64,000 nucleotides of DNA from assembly GCA_050246315.1 (NCBI GenBank), contig JBFWWG010000008.1, positions 1-64,000 of the forward strand. Direction: 5' to 3'. A program made the translations under genes and the position numbers. This DNA is from Nitrospiraceae bacterium (GTDB lineage: Bacteria; Nitrospirota; Nitrospiria; Nitrospirales; Nitrospiraceae). The notes beneath the pieces were generated by a model, which was given only the letters and a program-made list of their open reading frames with translations, was not told where the DNA came from and did not search any database. Shown piece by piece: positions 1 to 9,495 of the stretch; within the stretch, counting starts at the first letter, position 1; each line of letters starts with the position of its first letter.

Positions 1-114
1 CTCCGCCATCACAATGCCGCTCCGAAACCGTTCGTCTGGACCAAATCCGCTCAGGACATCCTGGCGAAAGTGCACCGGGCCAGAGTCGCCTTGGATAAGA
101 CAAGAACAGCATGA
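1..114 (+). CDS. IS630-family transposase, C-terminal 37 aa (partial)
   Basis: Manual translation; PKPFVWTKSA motif; TGA at 112-114; too short for the ORF track. Confidence 0.8.
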   Translation, partial: LRHHNAAPKPFVWTKSAQDILAKVHRARVALDKTRTA

Positions 115-127
115 ACCACTACACTAG
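1..127 (+). mobile_element. Right end of an IS630-family insertion sequence (transposase C-terminus plus terminal ...ACACTAG)
   Basis: Frame +1, 1-114, reads LRHHNAAPKPFVWTKSAQDILAKVHRARVALDKTRTA*, matching the IS630-type C-terminal pattern HNxxPKPFxWTKxxxxIL. It is followed by CACTAG (CTAG at 124-127), consistent with a TA-targeting IS end. The element continues off-window. Confidence 0.85.
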
Positions 128-143
128 CAAATACTACTTCTCA

Positions 144-1175
144 CTACCCTGGCCCACTATTCGCGTCTACATAAGCTTCGACAGCTAGCCGATGGCCCGT
201 TCCGTTGGGATGCACATTGTCTTCCGCGGTCACCTGCAGCTTGCGATATGACATTGCCGAATAAGTGTCGACCAAGTCCAAGACTCTAAAACCTCTCTGT
301 TCCGCCTCATGCCTGACCCTCTCATGAATCTGGGCAAATGCATATGTCCTAAAATCCACCAAAAGCGGCCAAATGATGAGATGGACCTCGAATGATTTCG
401 CCAATCGAAGCTCCTGGAGCTTATCGAAACCTGCAGAAACCCGCTGGTAACAATGGTCTTGGTTCCATAGATTGAGATAATAGTTGCTCTCCCCTCTCCC
501 GGTGATCATGCCGACCAGATGTTCGACCCTGCTCTTCACAAAGTAAATGAGCGCCGACGACTTGAGCAATCGCTTAATCCTCGGATCGATACTAATGTCT
601 CCCAAAAGACCAATCTTGGTATCCTTGTCCTGAGTGAACTGTTTGGCCGCATGGAACTCGGAGAAAAAGTCACAATCATTGAGCACAAAATTCACAATCA
701 CCACATCCGGATCATACCCCAGCCCTTCGACCTCCAGGATATGCACCTCCTGCGGGGTATTGAGGCCGCTCATGCCAAGATTGATGACTTCATATCGAGG
801 ACCAAGGCTCTTTTGTAATCGACTCGAGAAGATGTCATCCCCCTCCACTCCGGAACCCTCAGTCACCGAATCCCCAAGGACGACCAGTCGCTTGACTCCG
901 GGGGGCTTCTTTTTTTCATGTTCGCGATCCCTGAATCCTGCACTGTTATAGGATAGAACGACCCTTCCGTCCTGAACTCTTGAGTTTGGGATGAATCGCC
1001 AATTGAGAATGGGGTCGTCCACGAGACGAATATTGCCAATTTGCGATTCCGGCGCGCCCGCATACCCAAGGGATCGCAACGTCGCTTCACCCAAAACGGC
1101 TGACACCGCGAGCGATCCAAACAACAGCATCGCACTCATAAATATATTCGCGGTGTGTCGATACATACCTCTCAT
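144..1175 (-). CDS. SGNH/GDSL hydrolase-family protein with N-terminal membrane anchor
   Basis: Blocks VLGDSVTEG, NLGMSG, VLND and DNVHPN; hydrophobic N-terminus ending LGEATLR. Confidence 0.88.
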   Translation of the reverse strand: MRGMYRHTANIFMSAMLLFGSLAVSAVLGEATLRSLGYAGAPESQIGNIRLVDDPILNWRFIPNSRVQDGRVVLSYNSAGFRDREHEKKKPPGVKRLVVLGDSVTEGSGVEGDDIFSSRLQKSLGPRYEVINLGMSGLNTPQEVHILEVEGLGYDPDVVIVNFVLNDCDFFSEFHAAKQFTQDKDTKIGLLGDISIDPRIKRLLKSSALIYFVKSRVEHLVGMITGRGESNYYLNLWNQDHCYQRVSAGFDKLQELRLAKSFEVHLIIWPLLVDFRTYAFAQIHERVRHEAEQRGFRVLDLVDTYSAMSYRKLQVTAEDNVHPNGTGHRLAVEAYVDANSGPG

Positions 1176-1309
1176 AGTCGTGGGTCAAGCCGCGTGCAGG
1201 AAAGATTGGTGGAGGGAACCACAACCGGATGGCATTCTCGGCCGAGATGGAACCTCGTCCCTATACTCGATGAGATCGGGAACCCTCCCCGCATGCCAAC
1301 CGACCTTAC

Positions 1310-2722
1310 TCAGTTGGGTCTATTGGATTCTTTTTTCTCAGATTCCATTTCCTTTTCCACACAATTTCGCAGAGCTACCGAAAAGGCCACCAGCACCCAG
1401 AATGTGGGATAGTAGAGCGTTGCGACAAAGATGCTGGCTACAAGGTACCCGATGAACGCTCCTTCAATAGCCCGCGCCTGAAAGAGAGCACTCTTCACCC
1501 TATTCCGTTTGCGAACATCCTCCGAACTCTCCATTGTCATAGCGCTGCGTTTTCCTTTCATTGCATATTCCGTAGCAACACGACTAACGAATTGCAAATC
1601 CTTAAAGCTGTTCATCAGCATACCGAGGAAGATCCCAAGGCCCATGAGCCCCAGTTCGGGAAGAAGCGTAAAGTACAAGGAGTGAGCCGCGCGGCCAGCC
1701 AGAGACTTATCTTGCCAGGTTCGATCACCCTGGTACTCCTCGAACGTCCAGGGAAAGTTTCCCTGCCCGACACCAATAATCGGATTGTGAAGAAACATTT
1801 CGAATCCTATACCCCAGGTGTAGAGCCGTGCCGCACCCGTCCCGCCTCCCTCGCTGGTCGCATCGTCAGTGGTGGATTTTATCCTCTCCCAATAGGCATC
1901 AGGCGCGGCCAACGCCATGAACAGGACTACGATCATCCCTAGAAAGATGGGCATCATCTTGTTCGGTGATCTCATCCACCAATAGAGCCCGACTGCGGAC
2001 AGACCGATGAATCCACCTCTGGACATCGTTGCCATCGCGGCAAGCACAAACAGGCACAGGAGACCGATATAAACGGGTCGTGATACCCCGGCTCCCTTAG
2101 AAGACATAAGAAACAATGCGAAGCCGGCCGCCACGTCCATCTGCATGCAGAAGTCGTTTTCATCACCAAGCCATCCGCCAATGCCCCGTCCTCCTGACAG
2201 CACGCCCATAACGGCAAGGAATCCATGTACCCCGAGCCAGATTTTCATGACACGGTTGAACCTCTCCAGGCTATCAACGAACGTGATGATGCCCAGGTAC
2301 AACCCGAATGTGAGGAACATATCTTTCGTTATCATGGCGGCCCAGAAGTTGTTGTTCGCAAGAGGAATATGCACAACCATGACCGCGAACATGATCAGCC
2401 AGAGCTTGGTTTGCTTCTTCGCAAGGTTGAACTTTCCTGCCTGGAGGACTGATATCAGCAAATACCCGTCCAGCAAGGATGCAAACGGAATCATTTTCAA
2501 CCCTGGGACGATCTCCTGAGGTCGACCAAACTCGAAGAGGAGCGCTAGAAGGATGATCGTGAACGGCCCCTTGCCTTTGGCCTCCTGGGCGCCCCGGGCT
2601 TGAACTCCTATTCTGTTTGGAGGGGCCTCAACCGCAACCGTTCGCACTTGATTCCTCACCATGGGGGTGGTCGTTTGTTTCCCAATACATCGGCCCAGTC
2701 CACTTTCGAGCTTCGCAACCAC
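1310..2722 (-). CDS. O-antigen ligase/Wzy_C-family membrane protein (putative exosortase-associated O-glycosylation ligase or polymerase)
   Basis: Many TM helices; GDENDF, TMSRGG, HNPIIGVG.GNF and AAHSLYF motifs. Start uncertain (GTG 2722 or ATG 2662). Confidence 0.85.
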   Translation of the reverse strand: MVAKLESGLGRCIGKQTTTPMVRNQVRTVAVEAPPNRIGVQARGAQEAKGKGPFTIILLALLFEFGRPQEIVPGLKMIPFASLLDGYLLISVLQAGKFNLAKKQTKLWLIMFAVMVVHIPLANNNFWAAMITKDMFLTFGLYLGIITFVDSLERFNRVMKIWLGVHGFLAVMGVLSGGRGIGGWLGDENDFCMQMDVAAGFALFLMSSKGAGVSRPVYIGLLCLFVLAAMATMSRGGFIGLSAVGLYWWMRSPNKMMPIFLGMIVVLFMALAAPDAYWERIKSTTDDATSEGGGTGAARLYTWGIGFEMFLHNPIIGVGQGNFPWTFEEYQGDRTWQDKSLAGRAAHSLYFTLLPELGLMGLGIFLGMLMNSFKDLQFVSRVATEYAMKGKRSAMTMESSEDVRKRNRVKSALFQARAIEGAFIGYLVASIFVATLYYPTFWVLVAFSVALRNCVEKEMESEKKESNRPN

Positions 2723-2742
2723 TCAGGAGCGTCGAGAATCTC

Positions 2743-3489
2743 TCACCCAGACCTCTGAAGCACGGCGATGATATTCGTCCGCAACGACCTCAACGGCCTC
2801 GTCATGAGCAGTTTAATCCACACCAACTCGGGGATAAACAGCGGCGGCAGGGTCTTGAAGATCGCATCGGTGACCGAAAGCTTGAGATCTGCCACGGTGA
2901 ATCCATGCTGACCGGCCAGCTCTTGAATCGTCTTTTCCCGATTCGCCCGGTAGTGTGTGGGGAAAATATCGTGCTCTTCTCGATCTTCCACCAAGGCCAC
3001 CAACGGCGTCTTGATGGCTTCCGGCACCAACATCGACAGCAAGGCCCCATATCCCAACACGTTCGGCGTGTGAAAGATAAAGAGCCCCTTGGGGGACAGC
3101 ACACGCCGGACTTCACCAAACTGGCGGCCCGGATCGTCCAGATGTTCTACCACCATGTTCATGGTTACCAGGTCGAACGCTCCGTCGGGAAACGGCAGCC
3201 TGCCGATGTCGCCCCGAACTTTTCGCCGGATCCGTTGATGGGCCACCAGCGACGGGAGGTCGAAATCCAATCCGGTGAGGGAACGGCAGCGCGTCGTCAG
3301 TTCCTCCTCCCCCTGACTTCTCCAAAACGGCAGCAGCGTATGGCCGCACCCCAAATCCAGCCAGCGAGTGTCCTCCTGCACATGCTGTTTCAGGACCGCC
3401 TCATATACGTGCTGCGAATATTCAAACTCTGGGACAATCAGATCCCTGGCCTTCCAGTACACCTTATACAGGCGATCACGTAAGCTCAT
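2743..3489 (-). CDS. Class I SAM-dependent methyltransferase
   Basis: WLDLGCG motif I; LPFPDGAFDLV; VVEHL; LSPKG. Confidence 0.9.
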   Translation of the reverse strand: MSLRDRLYKVYWKARDLIVPEFEYSQHVYEAVLKQHVQEDTRWLDLGCGHTLLPFWRSQGEEELTTRCRSLTGLDFDLPSLVAHQRIRRKVRGDIGRLPFPDGAFDLVTMNMVVEHLDDPGRQFGEVRRVLSPKGLFIFHTPNVLGYGALLSMLVPEAIKTPLVALVEDREEHDIFPTHYRANREKTIQELAGQHGFTVADLKLSVTDAIFKTLPPLFIPELVWIKLLMTRPLRSLRTNIIAVLQRSG

Positions 3490-3523
3490 CGTACGCTCTT
3501 GCTCCCCTTCCCTGCGACCGCCG

Positions 3524-4651
3524 TCAGGCGACCGGCACGACGCGTGCCGCCCTCCGACTGATCGCCTGCTGGTACAGTATCGAATACTGGTTGGCCATCA
3601 GATCCAGTGTGAACCGTTCCTCCACGATGTGCTGAGCCCGCACTCCAAACGCCTTGGCTTGGGTCTGATCGCGCAACAGCGAGAGCATTGCCTCCGCCAG
3701 CGGCGGCGCCTGCCCCGCCGGAACGAGATAGCCGGTCTGTCCCTCCACCACCAGCTCCGGATTCCCACCCACCCGGGTCACGACGACCGGCTTGCCGGCC
3801 GCCATCGCTTCCAAGAGGGCGATCGACAGCCCTTCAGACAACGAGGGCATGGCAAACACATCCATGATGGCCAGCAGCTTCGGAACATCCTGCCGGAGGC
3901 CGAGGAATCGGACCTTCTCCTCGATCCCGAGGGTCTTGGCCTTTGTTTTCAGCGGCACATCGAGCTCGCCGCGGCCGATAAACAGAAATGTCGTCTTTGG
4001 ACAATCCTTGAGGATTTGGGGGATTGCATCGAGCAGATAGGTATGGCCTTTGACCGGATACAGGTTCCCTACGATCCCGACCACCAGCTCGTCGCCGGCA
4101 AGCCCGAGATCCTTTTTATACTGCGCGGCCTGGGCCGGGTCGGCCTTGGGCGCTTGATCCACACCATTGTAGATAACCTGGATTCGGCCAACCGCCATGC
4201 CGGTTTGTTCGACGACAAATCGCTTCAGATCCTCAGACACGGCGACCATCTTCGCATAGCGGCTCACCCAGCGATAGGCCCACCGGCGCCGGCCCTTCTC
4301 CCAGAAATAGTGCTTTCCGTGGATGGTGGCGACCATCGGCACTCCTGCGATCTTCGCAACCAGCGCCCCATGAACGATCGCATCGAATTCATGAGCCTGG
4401 ATGACATCCACCCGTTCCTGTTTGATCAATCGATAGCAATCCCACATCCACTTCCATTGCATGAACCCGTCGCGGGAGAACACATAGGTCCTCAGTCCCC
4501 GGCTCTCACATTGGTCCTTGAGCCAGCCTGGACGAAAGAGTCCGATCAGCGACCGAAACCGGGTTCGGTCCAGCGAGGCGGCGAGCGCACAGACGATTCG
4601 CTCCGCCCCTCCGGGTCCGCTACTGCTCGAGAGATGCAGTACCGTATGCAT
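3524..4651 (-). CDS. Glycosyltransferase family 4
   Basis: GGAER N-terminus; GNLYPVKG; PSLSEGLSIALLEAMA (EX7E). Confidence 0.92.
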   Translation of the reverse strand: MHTVLHLSSSSGPGGAERIVCALAASLDRTRFRSLIGLFRPGWLKDQCESRGLRTYVFSRDGFMQWKWMWDCYRLIKQERVDVIQAHEFDAIVHGALVAKIAGVPMVATIHGKHYFWEKGRRRWAYRWVSRYAKMVAVSEDLKRFVVEQTGMAVGRIQVIYNGVDQAPKADPAQAAQYKKDLGLAGDELVVGIVGNLYPVKGHTYLLDAIPQILKDCPKTTFLFIGRGELDVPLKTKAKTLGIEEKVRFLGLRQDVPKLLAIMDVFAMPSLSEGLSIALLEAMAAGKPVVVTRVGGNPELVVEGQTGYLVPAGQAPPLAEAMLSLLRDQTQAKAFGVRAQHIVEERFTLDLMANQYSILYQQAISRRAARVVPVA

Positions 4652-4670
4652 ACAGAGTGACCAAAGCCCG

Positions 4671-5330
4671 CTAGTTGACCAGCTTGATCGATGGCGGCAT
4701 GGCCTCCGGATTTGAAGCGGAAGCCTGATTCCGCTCCTCGATCTGCCGGATCATCCGGTCGCACGACTCACGGATCCGCTCGAAGCAGACCTTGAAATCG
4801 TCCAGCGTGCCACTGTAAGGGTCGTCGATATCGAGCGATCCCTTGCCACAGAATTGCCCAAGGACGAAGACCTTGTGCTTCTCCCGAGGATACAACTTTG
4901 CTACTCGGTCCTTCTGAGCGACCTCCATCACCAAGACCAGATCCGATTGCTGCATCAGGTCCTGAAGCAATGGCTTCGTCAAGTGTTGTTCCAGTGAAAG
5001 GCCATGGTGCCGGGCGACGGCTTGAGCCAACACATGGGCTGATTTTCCAGGCGTCGTCTCGATTCCAGCGGATTGGACCGTCAACACATGCCCCCCCTTT
5101 CTGGCCAAATGCAGGAAGTAGGCCTCAGCCAGCGGACTTCGACAGACGTTGCCCTTGCAAACGAATAAGACCGACCGAACCGGATGCGGCAACACCTTGG
5201 TGGCCGTCACCCGTTCATACGCCAAACGGATGAATTTGAGGCGCCGACCGAGATGCGCCGCCACCTCGCGCAGTGCGCGGAAATACATGCCCACACCATG
5301 TTTGACTCCTGCCGACTCCATCTCGCTCAT
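4671..5330 (-). CDS. Low-molecular-weight protein-tyrosine phosphatase (Wzb-like)
   Basis: P-loop CKGNVCRS and DIDDPY. Start placed at 5330 by ATGA overlap with the upstream stop. Confidence 0.88.
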   Translation of the reverse strand: MSEMESAGVKHGVGMYFRALREVAAHLGRRLKFIRLAYERVTATKVLPHPVRSVLFVCKGNVCRSPLAEAYFLHLARKGGHVLTVQSAGIETTPGKSAHVLAQAVARHHGLSLEQHLTKPLLQDLMQQSDLVLVMEVAQKDRVAKLYPREKHKVFVLGQFCGKGSLDIDDPYSGTLDDFKVCFERIRESCDRMIRQIEERNQASASNPEAMPPSIKLVN

Positions 5331-6529
5331 GCCTGTCCTTTCACCAGGTCCCTGACGTACGTGCACAGCTCATATCGTCCCGGACCGGCGTCATCCCACC
5401 GTTCCACTTCGTAATGAAGGTCCTTCTGAAAGAACCGAGCGAATTCCAGCGCGCAGCGCATTCTCGACGGAGACCCCGGCGGCAGGCGCAATGTGTTCTC
5501 GGATTTGAACAATCTGGCCAACAGATGATCGAGATCTCCCAAGAGCCACCGAGATTTCACCCCCGTACGATAACCGGCCGACGGCGCTTCGATCCGATGA
5601 CCACAGATGAGTTGATACAGCATGAGCGGAAAATTCAACCCCGCGTCAACGGCAAGCTGCAGCGACCCCCAGAATCTCCCGTTGACCTCCATGAGACGCG
5701 GGACACCGGTCTCGCGCTCGACTTTGAATTCCACCATCGCGACGCCATGCCAGCCGACGTATTGTAGGAGCCGCATCGCGTGATCGGCCATCGGTTTCGG
5801 CAGTTCGATGCTTTCCCGAAGCACGCTCACGCCGCCAGCCGGCGGCTTTTCGCGCAAGCGCCGATGGGCGAACAAGGCGACGGGCCGCCCCTGATCACAG
5901 AGCGCGAAGATCCCCTGTCCCTCTCCCTCAATGCGTCGTTGTATGAGCGAGGGCCATCTGAGATAGGGAGTCCGGTCGTACACCTGTTCCAACTCTTTTC
6001 GGTTCGCCACATGGTGCACGCTGGTGCTGGTCCAGACACCGTCCACGGGAATGCGGGATCGGCCCGGCTTGACAATCAATGGAAACTTTCCCACACCCTC
6101 CAACGTCGGAGGAAGCCGCCCGTCCTCCACGAAGAGGGTGTCTGGTATGGGTACCCCAAGCTGTTGCGCCAGCCTCATCAGCCGATACTTATCTGACAGC
6201 GTTTCATAGATCGCCGAGGCGGGGCCGGCGATTTTGGTTAGTGTGTCGAATCGGGCTCTGCGCGTCCCGACCAGATGCATCGCCAGATCGGAGATCGGCA
6301 CCACCATCTCGACCTGCTGATCAGTCACCGTCTGCAACAAAGCATCGAGATATCCTTCCGGATCCTTGTAGGGACAAGGATAAGAAAACGCCCGTCGACA
6401 ATAGCGCGACGAGCCGGCCAAGGACCGCTCGGTTTCCGCCCCGACTAGGACGTGGATCTGCTTCCGCCCTAGCGCGCGCGTGACAGCCAGCGCTGCCCGT
6501 TCATTACCGTCTGTCACCAGCACGCACAT
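5327..6529 (-). CDS. ATP-grasp domain protein (putative amino acid/amine ligase)
   Basis: DKYRL, FPLIVKP, GVAMVEFK and MEVNGRFWGS ATP-grasp motifs; ATG 6529 preceded by GGAGGAG RBS. Confidence 0.85.
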   Translation of the reverse strand: MCVLVTDGNERAALAVTRALGRKQIHVLVGAETERSLAGSSRYCRRAFSYPCPYKDPEGYLDALLQTVTDQQVEMVVPISDLAMHLVGTRRARFDTLTKIAGPASAIYETLSDKYRLMRLAQQLGVPIPDTLFVEDGRLPPTLEGVGKFPLIVKPGRSRIPVDGVWTSTSVHHVANRKELEQVYDRTPYLRWPSLIQRRIEGEGQGIFALCDQGRPVALFAHRRLREKPPAGGVSVLRESIELPKPMADHAMRLLQYVGWHGVAMVEFKVERETGVPRLMEVNGRFWGSLQLAVDAGLNFPLMLYQLICGHRIEAPSAGYRTGVKSRWLLGDLDHLLARLFKSENTLRLPPGSPSRMRCALEFARFFQKDLHYEVERWDDAGPGRYELCTYVRDLVKGQA

Positions 6530-6648
6530 TGCTCCTCCACTCCACCCGAGCCTCGAACCCACGTCGCGTCTTTGTCTGATCGAGCATGCCGACGCCGGAG
6601 CGACACCGCACGGGTGTTCGCTCCGCTGACTCCATTCCCGACTCTACC

Positions 6649-7707
6649 TCACCGCACACCGGACAGGGCTAGTGCATAGAGGGCGGGAGACTCGCTGATA
6701 TCGTGGTGGATCGAGATCCGCCTGAGCGCCCACACGTTCGCCGGAGCCTCCCGTTCGAGTCCAGAATCGCACGAGGCCGCGGCTTGATATCCTGCCTCCT
6801 GCACAAGCCGCTGCACCAAATCGTTGTAGTTGCCATTGGGATAACAGAACACGGGGACGGTGGCTGCGCCGCTCTCCTGTAGCTGCTCGTACGACGAACG
6901 CGCTTCCTGCCGCGCTTCCTTTTCCGAGATCTGCGTCATCAACCGGTGCGAACAGGAATGCGATCCGAACGAGATGCCATGCCGGGACATTTCACGCACC
7001 TCCGACCAATTCATCAGGACACGACACTCCGGAACCGTCACGCCCAAGATGTCGCCCACATTCGCGAGTAACCGTTCCAACCGGTCGGCTTCCAGGTCTT
7101 TACAGGCCTCAATGAAGCGATCATGCGCGTCCGGTCCCACCATCCTATCCGGTGGCGCATCCCGTTCCTGCCTCTCCGCCTGCAGGGTTCCGGTGAGAGC
7201 GCGATAGAAGGCATCGCGTCGGTCCGGTTCGCACGACGGGGCGTCGGCCGCCAAGAGGAGATAACCCAACCGCTCCGGCCAAAACCACCGCGATGTGCCG
7301 ACAAAGTCCGTCGGGAGAAAAATGGTGGCGGGCAGACCGTACCGCTTCAATATGGGATAGGCATTTCGATAATTGTCGAGCCAGCCGTCATCGAAGGTGA
7401 TGACACAGGCGGCCCTTTGAGTCTCCCACCGACCGGCCCGCCATCGAGCAAGAAGTTCGGAAAGCGACAGGATCTCGAAGCGCTCTTGCAAGTACCGCAT
7501 GTGCATCTCGAACACATCATCCCGCACATACATGCCGGGCTGTACGATGTTCGTTCTGAGATCTTCCACAGAGAGCACTCGATGGTAGGTCAGGATTGCG
7601 ACGGTCCCCTTATGGCGGGCGCGAGAAACCCCCGACCAGTGGTAGGCTTCCGAGAGCCCTCGCCACACATATCGCTTGAGTTCTGCCGCCCCCACGTGAA
7701 TCCGCAC
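6649..7707 (-). CDS. Polysaccharide deacetylase (CE4/NodB family)
   Basis: ILTYHRV, ITFDDGW, GSHSCSH and FCYPNG motifs. Confidence 0.9.
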   Translation of the reverse strand: MRIHVGAAELKRYVWRGLSEAYHWSGVSRARHKGTVAILTYHRVLSVEDLRTNIVQPGMYVRDDVFEMHMRYLQERFEILSLSELLARWRAGRWETQRAACVITFDDGWLDNYRNAYPILKRYGLPATIFLPTDFVGTSRWFWPERLGYLLLAADAPSCEPDRRDAFYRALTGTLQAERQERDAPPDRMVGPDAHDRFIEACKDLEADRLERLLANVGDILGVTVPECRVLMNWSEVREMSRHGISFGSHSCSHRLMTQISEKEARQEARSSYEQLQESGAATVPVFCYPNGNYNDLVQRLVQEAGYQAAASCDSGLEREAPANVWALRRISIHHDISESPALYALALSGVR

Positions 7708-7757
7708 GCCTCCTTGTTCTGATCATCGCGCTGAGTCTGCCTGATCGCGCCATCCCA

Positions 7758-7910
7758 TCAGAAGAGCGTGTAGATAAACGGTGCCACTGCGGACCCTTGC
7801 GTAAAGACGATCAGACTTCCCAAGAGCACCAGTACGACGATGATCGGCAACAGCCAAAACTTCTTTCGTTCTTTCATGAACGCCCAGAGTTCGCCCAAGA
7901 ATTCGCCCAT
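7758..7910 (-). CDS. DUF5989/SxtK-family small membrane protein (50 aa)
   Basis: Not in the ORF track. Manual translation: MGEFLGELWAFMKERKKFWLLPIIVVLVLLGSLIVFTQGSAVAPFIYTLF*. GGGGAGGGG RBS; directly downstream of the SxtJ gene. Confidence 0.9.
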   Translation of the reverse strand: MGEFLGELWAFMKERKKFWLLPIIVVLVLLGSLIVFTQGSAVAPFIYTLF

Positions 7911-7928
7911 GGTTTCCCCTCCCCTTGG

Positions 7929-8324
7929 TCAGAACATATTCTTCATATGCGATGGCGGCCTCGGCTCCCGGACCACCCGGTACGTATCCATCCCCGGGAC
8001 CAGGGCCCGCCTCATCGGGTCTCGGCCGAGCATTTTCATCACAAGCCCCATCGGCACCACGAGCCCGTAATAGAGAATGCCCAGAATAATCCTGGTGTTA
8101 ATCCACCCCAGCACATGTCCCACCGCCATCCAGCCCTTGTAAAGTGGGGCCAACACCCTGGGGAGGATAAGACCGGCCGGAATCAAGCCAGCGGCCGGAA
8201 TGACCGCCCAGAGTCGAATCGCTTCGCCGCGCCATACCAGGGGCCAGAGGCCGATGACGAGGAACACGCCCCCCACCGTAAGCCCGAAGCTGCGTAGTTG
8301 TTTCACATCCGTCTGTTCGTTCAT
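7929..8324 (-). CDS. SxtJ-family membrane protein
   Basis: LRSFG N-terminus; P.YKGWM..G..LGWINTRIIL; GRDPMRR; C-terminal MKNMF. Confidence 0.88.
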   Translation of the reverse strand: MNEQTDVKQLRSFGLTVGGVFLVIGLWPLVWRGEAIRLWAVIPAAGLIPAGLILPRVLAPLYKGWMAVGHVLGWINTRIILGILYYGLVVPMGLVMKMLGRDPMRRALVPGMDTYRVVREPRPPSHMKNMF

Positions 8325-8351
8325 CGTGCTCTTTCTCCTACGGCAGAATCG

Positions 8352-9488
8352 CTAACGCTTTGAAGGATCCCACGAGAGAATACGATCTCCCCGCAGGTAC
8401 CGGAACCAGGCATCCAGGATCGACACGTTGACCATGACAAAGAACGACGGCAGCCGCAGCATGGCGACCTTCGGCAGCCGTCGAGACCACAGGTAGAGCA
8501 TCGCCAGGCCATAGAACACTCCCTGCGCCCAGAACAAGGTCCGGTACCAGCCTGGATCGAGGGCGAGCAAACCATTCGTGACGAAGGCGACGATTAGGGC
8601 AAACGGCACCGTCCAGCGGCAGAGCTTATGGCTGATCAGTTGCCATGCGAAGAGATGATACTTGAACGGATTCAGCAACGCGAGACTTCGCATGAATACG
8701 GAAATGCCACGCACGACCGTCCGCACCTTCCGCTCATACTCTTTCCGTTCATCCGCCAGATTCTTGTAGTAGCCGACGCTCTCCTCATCGGATACGCCTC
8801 GCAAGCCCCTTTTGACGCTGTTCAACAGGGTATTGAAGTCACTTTGCAGATCCGACGCCCAATCCCGACAGACTTCGCGGCGGGCGGCAAAAAATGACCC
8901 GCTGAGCCCGACCAAACTGTTCACGCTTGTCTCCAGGCGTCGGAGCCACATCTCGTATTGAACATAGGCACCTTCGCCGCTCACCTGCCCGTCTTGATCG
9001 ATGAAACGATCGACGCTGCTGACACAGCCGACGCTGGGATCGGCAAAGTTCTTGACGATAGTCCTGATTCCGTTTGGTGGAAGCAGGGTGGCCACATCTG
9101 AAAACACCAGAATGTCACCTGTCGTCGATTCGACGGCAAACTTCTGAGCCGCCTCTTTGCCGCCCTTGGAGGGCAACCGAACCAGCCGGACGCCGGTGGC
9201 TCGGTACGTTCGGACGATGTCATCAGTTCGATCCGTCGAACAGTCCGAGGCAACCACAATGTCCAAACGTTCCTTCGAGTAGTCCTGCGCCAACGCATTT
9301 TCGATTTTTTCCTGGATTCGTTTCTCTTCGTTGTAAGCCGTAATGATAAAGGCCACCGAGGGCTGAATGGCCTCCTTTTGCACGACCCGTTTTCGAACCG
9401 TACCAAGACTCCATAGCAATAGCGGGTACCCCAGATAGGCGTACCCCACGAATAGGACCGAGAGCCAAAAAAGCCAGGCAGTCATCAT
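8352..9488 (-). CDS. Glycosyltransferase family 2 (membrane-associated)
   Basis: YLGYP N-terminal TM; IITAYNEE; SDCSTDRT; SHKLCRW; C-terminal TM helices. Confidence 0.9.
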   Translation of the reverse strand: MMTAWLFWLSVLFVGYAYLGYPLLLWSLGTVRKRVVQKEAIQPSVAFIITAYNEEKRIQEKIENALAQDYSKERLDIVVASDCSTDRTDDIVRTYRATGVRLVRLPSKGGKEAAQKFAVESTTGDILVFSDVATLLPPNGIRTIVKNFADPSVGCVSSVDRFIDQDGQVSGEGAYVQYEMWLRRLETSVNSLVGLSGSFFAARREVCRDWASDLQSDFNTLLNSVKRGLRGVSDEESVGYYKNLADERKEYERKVRTVVRGISVFMRSLALLNPFKYHLFAWQLISHKLCRWTVPFALIVAFVTNGLLALDPGWYRTLFWAQGVFYGLAMLYLWSRRLPKVAMLRLPSFFVMVNVSILDAWFRYLRGDRILSWDPSKR

Positions 9489-9495
9489 AGCCGAC

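Noticed and set aside
3368..4660. 430-aa plus-strand ORF
   Set aside because: Antisense shadow of the GT4 gene; no recognisable motifs.
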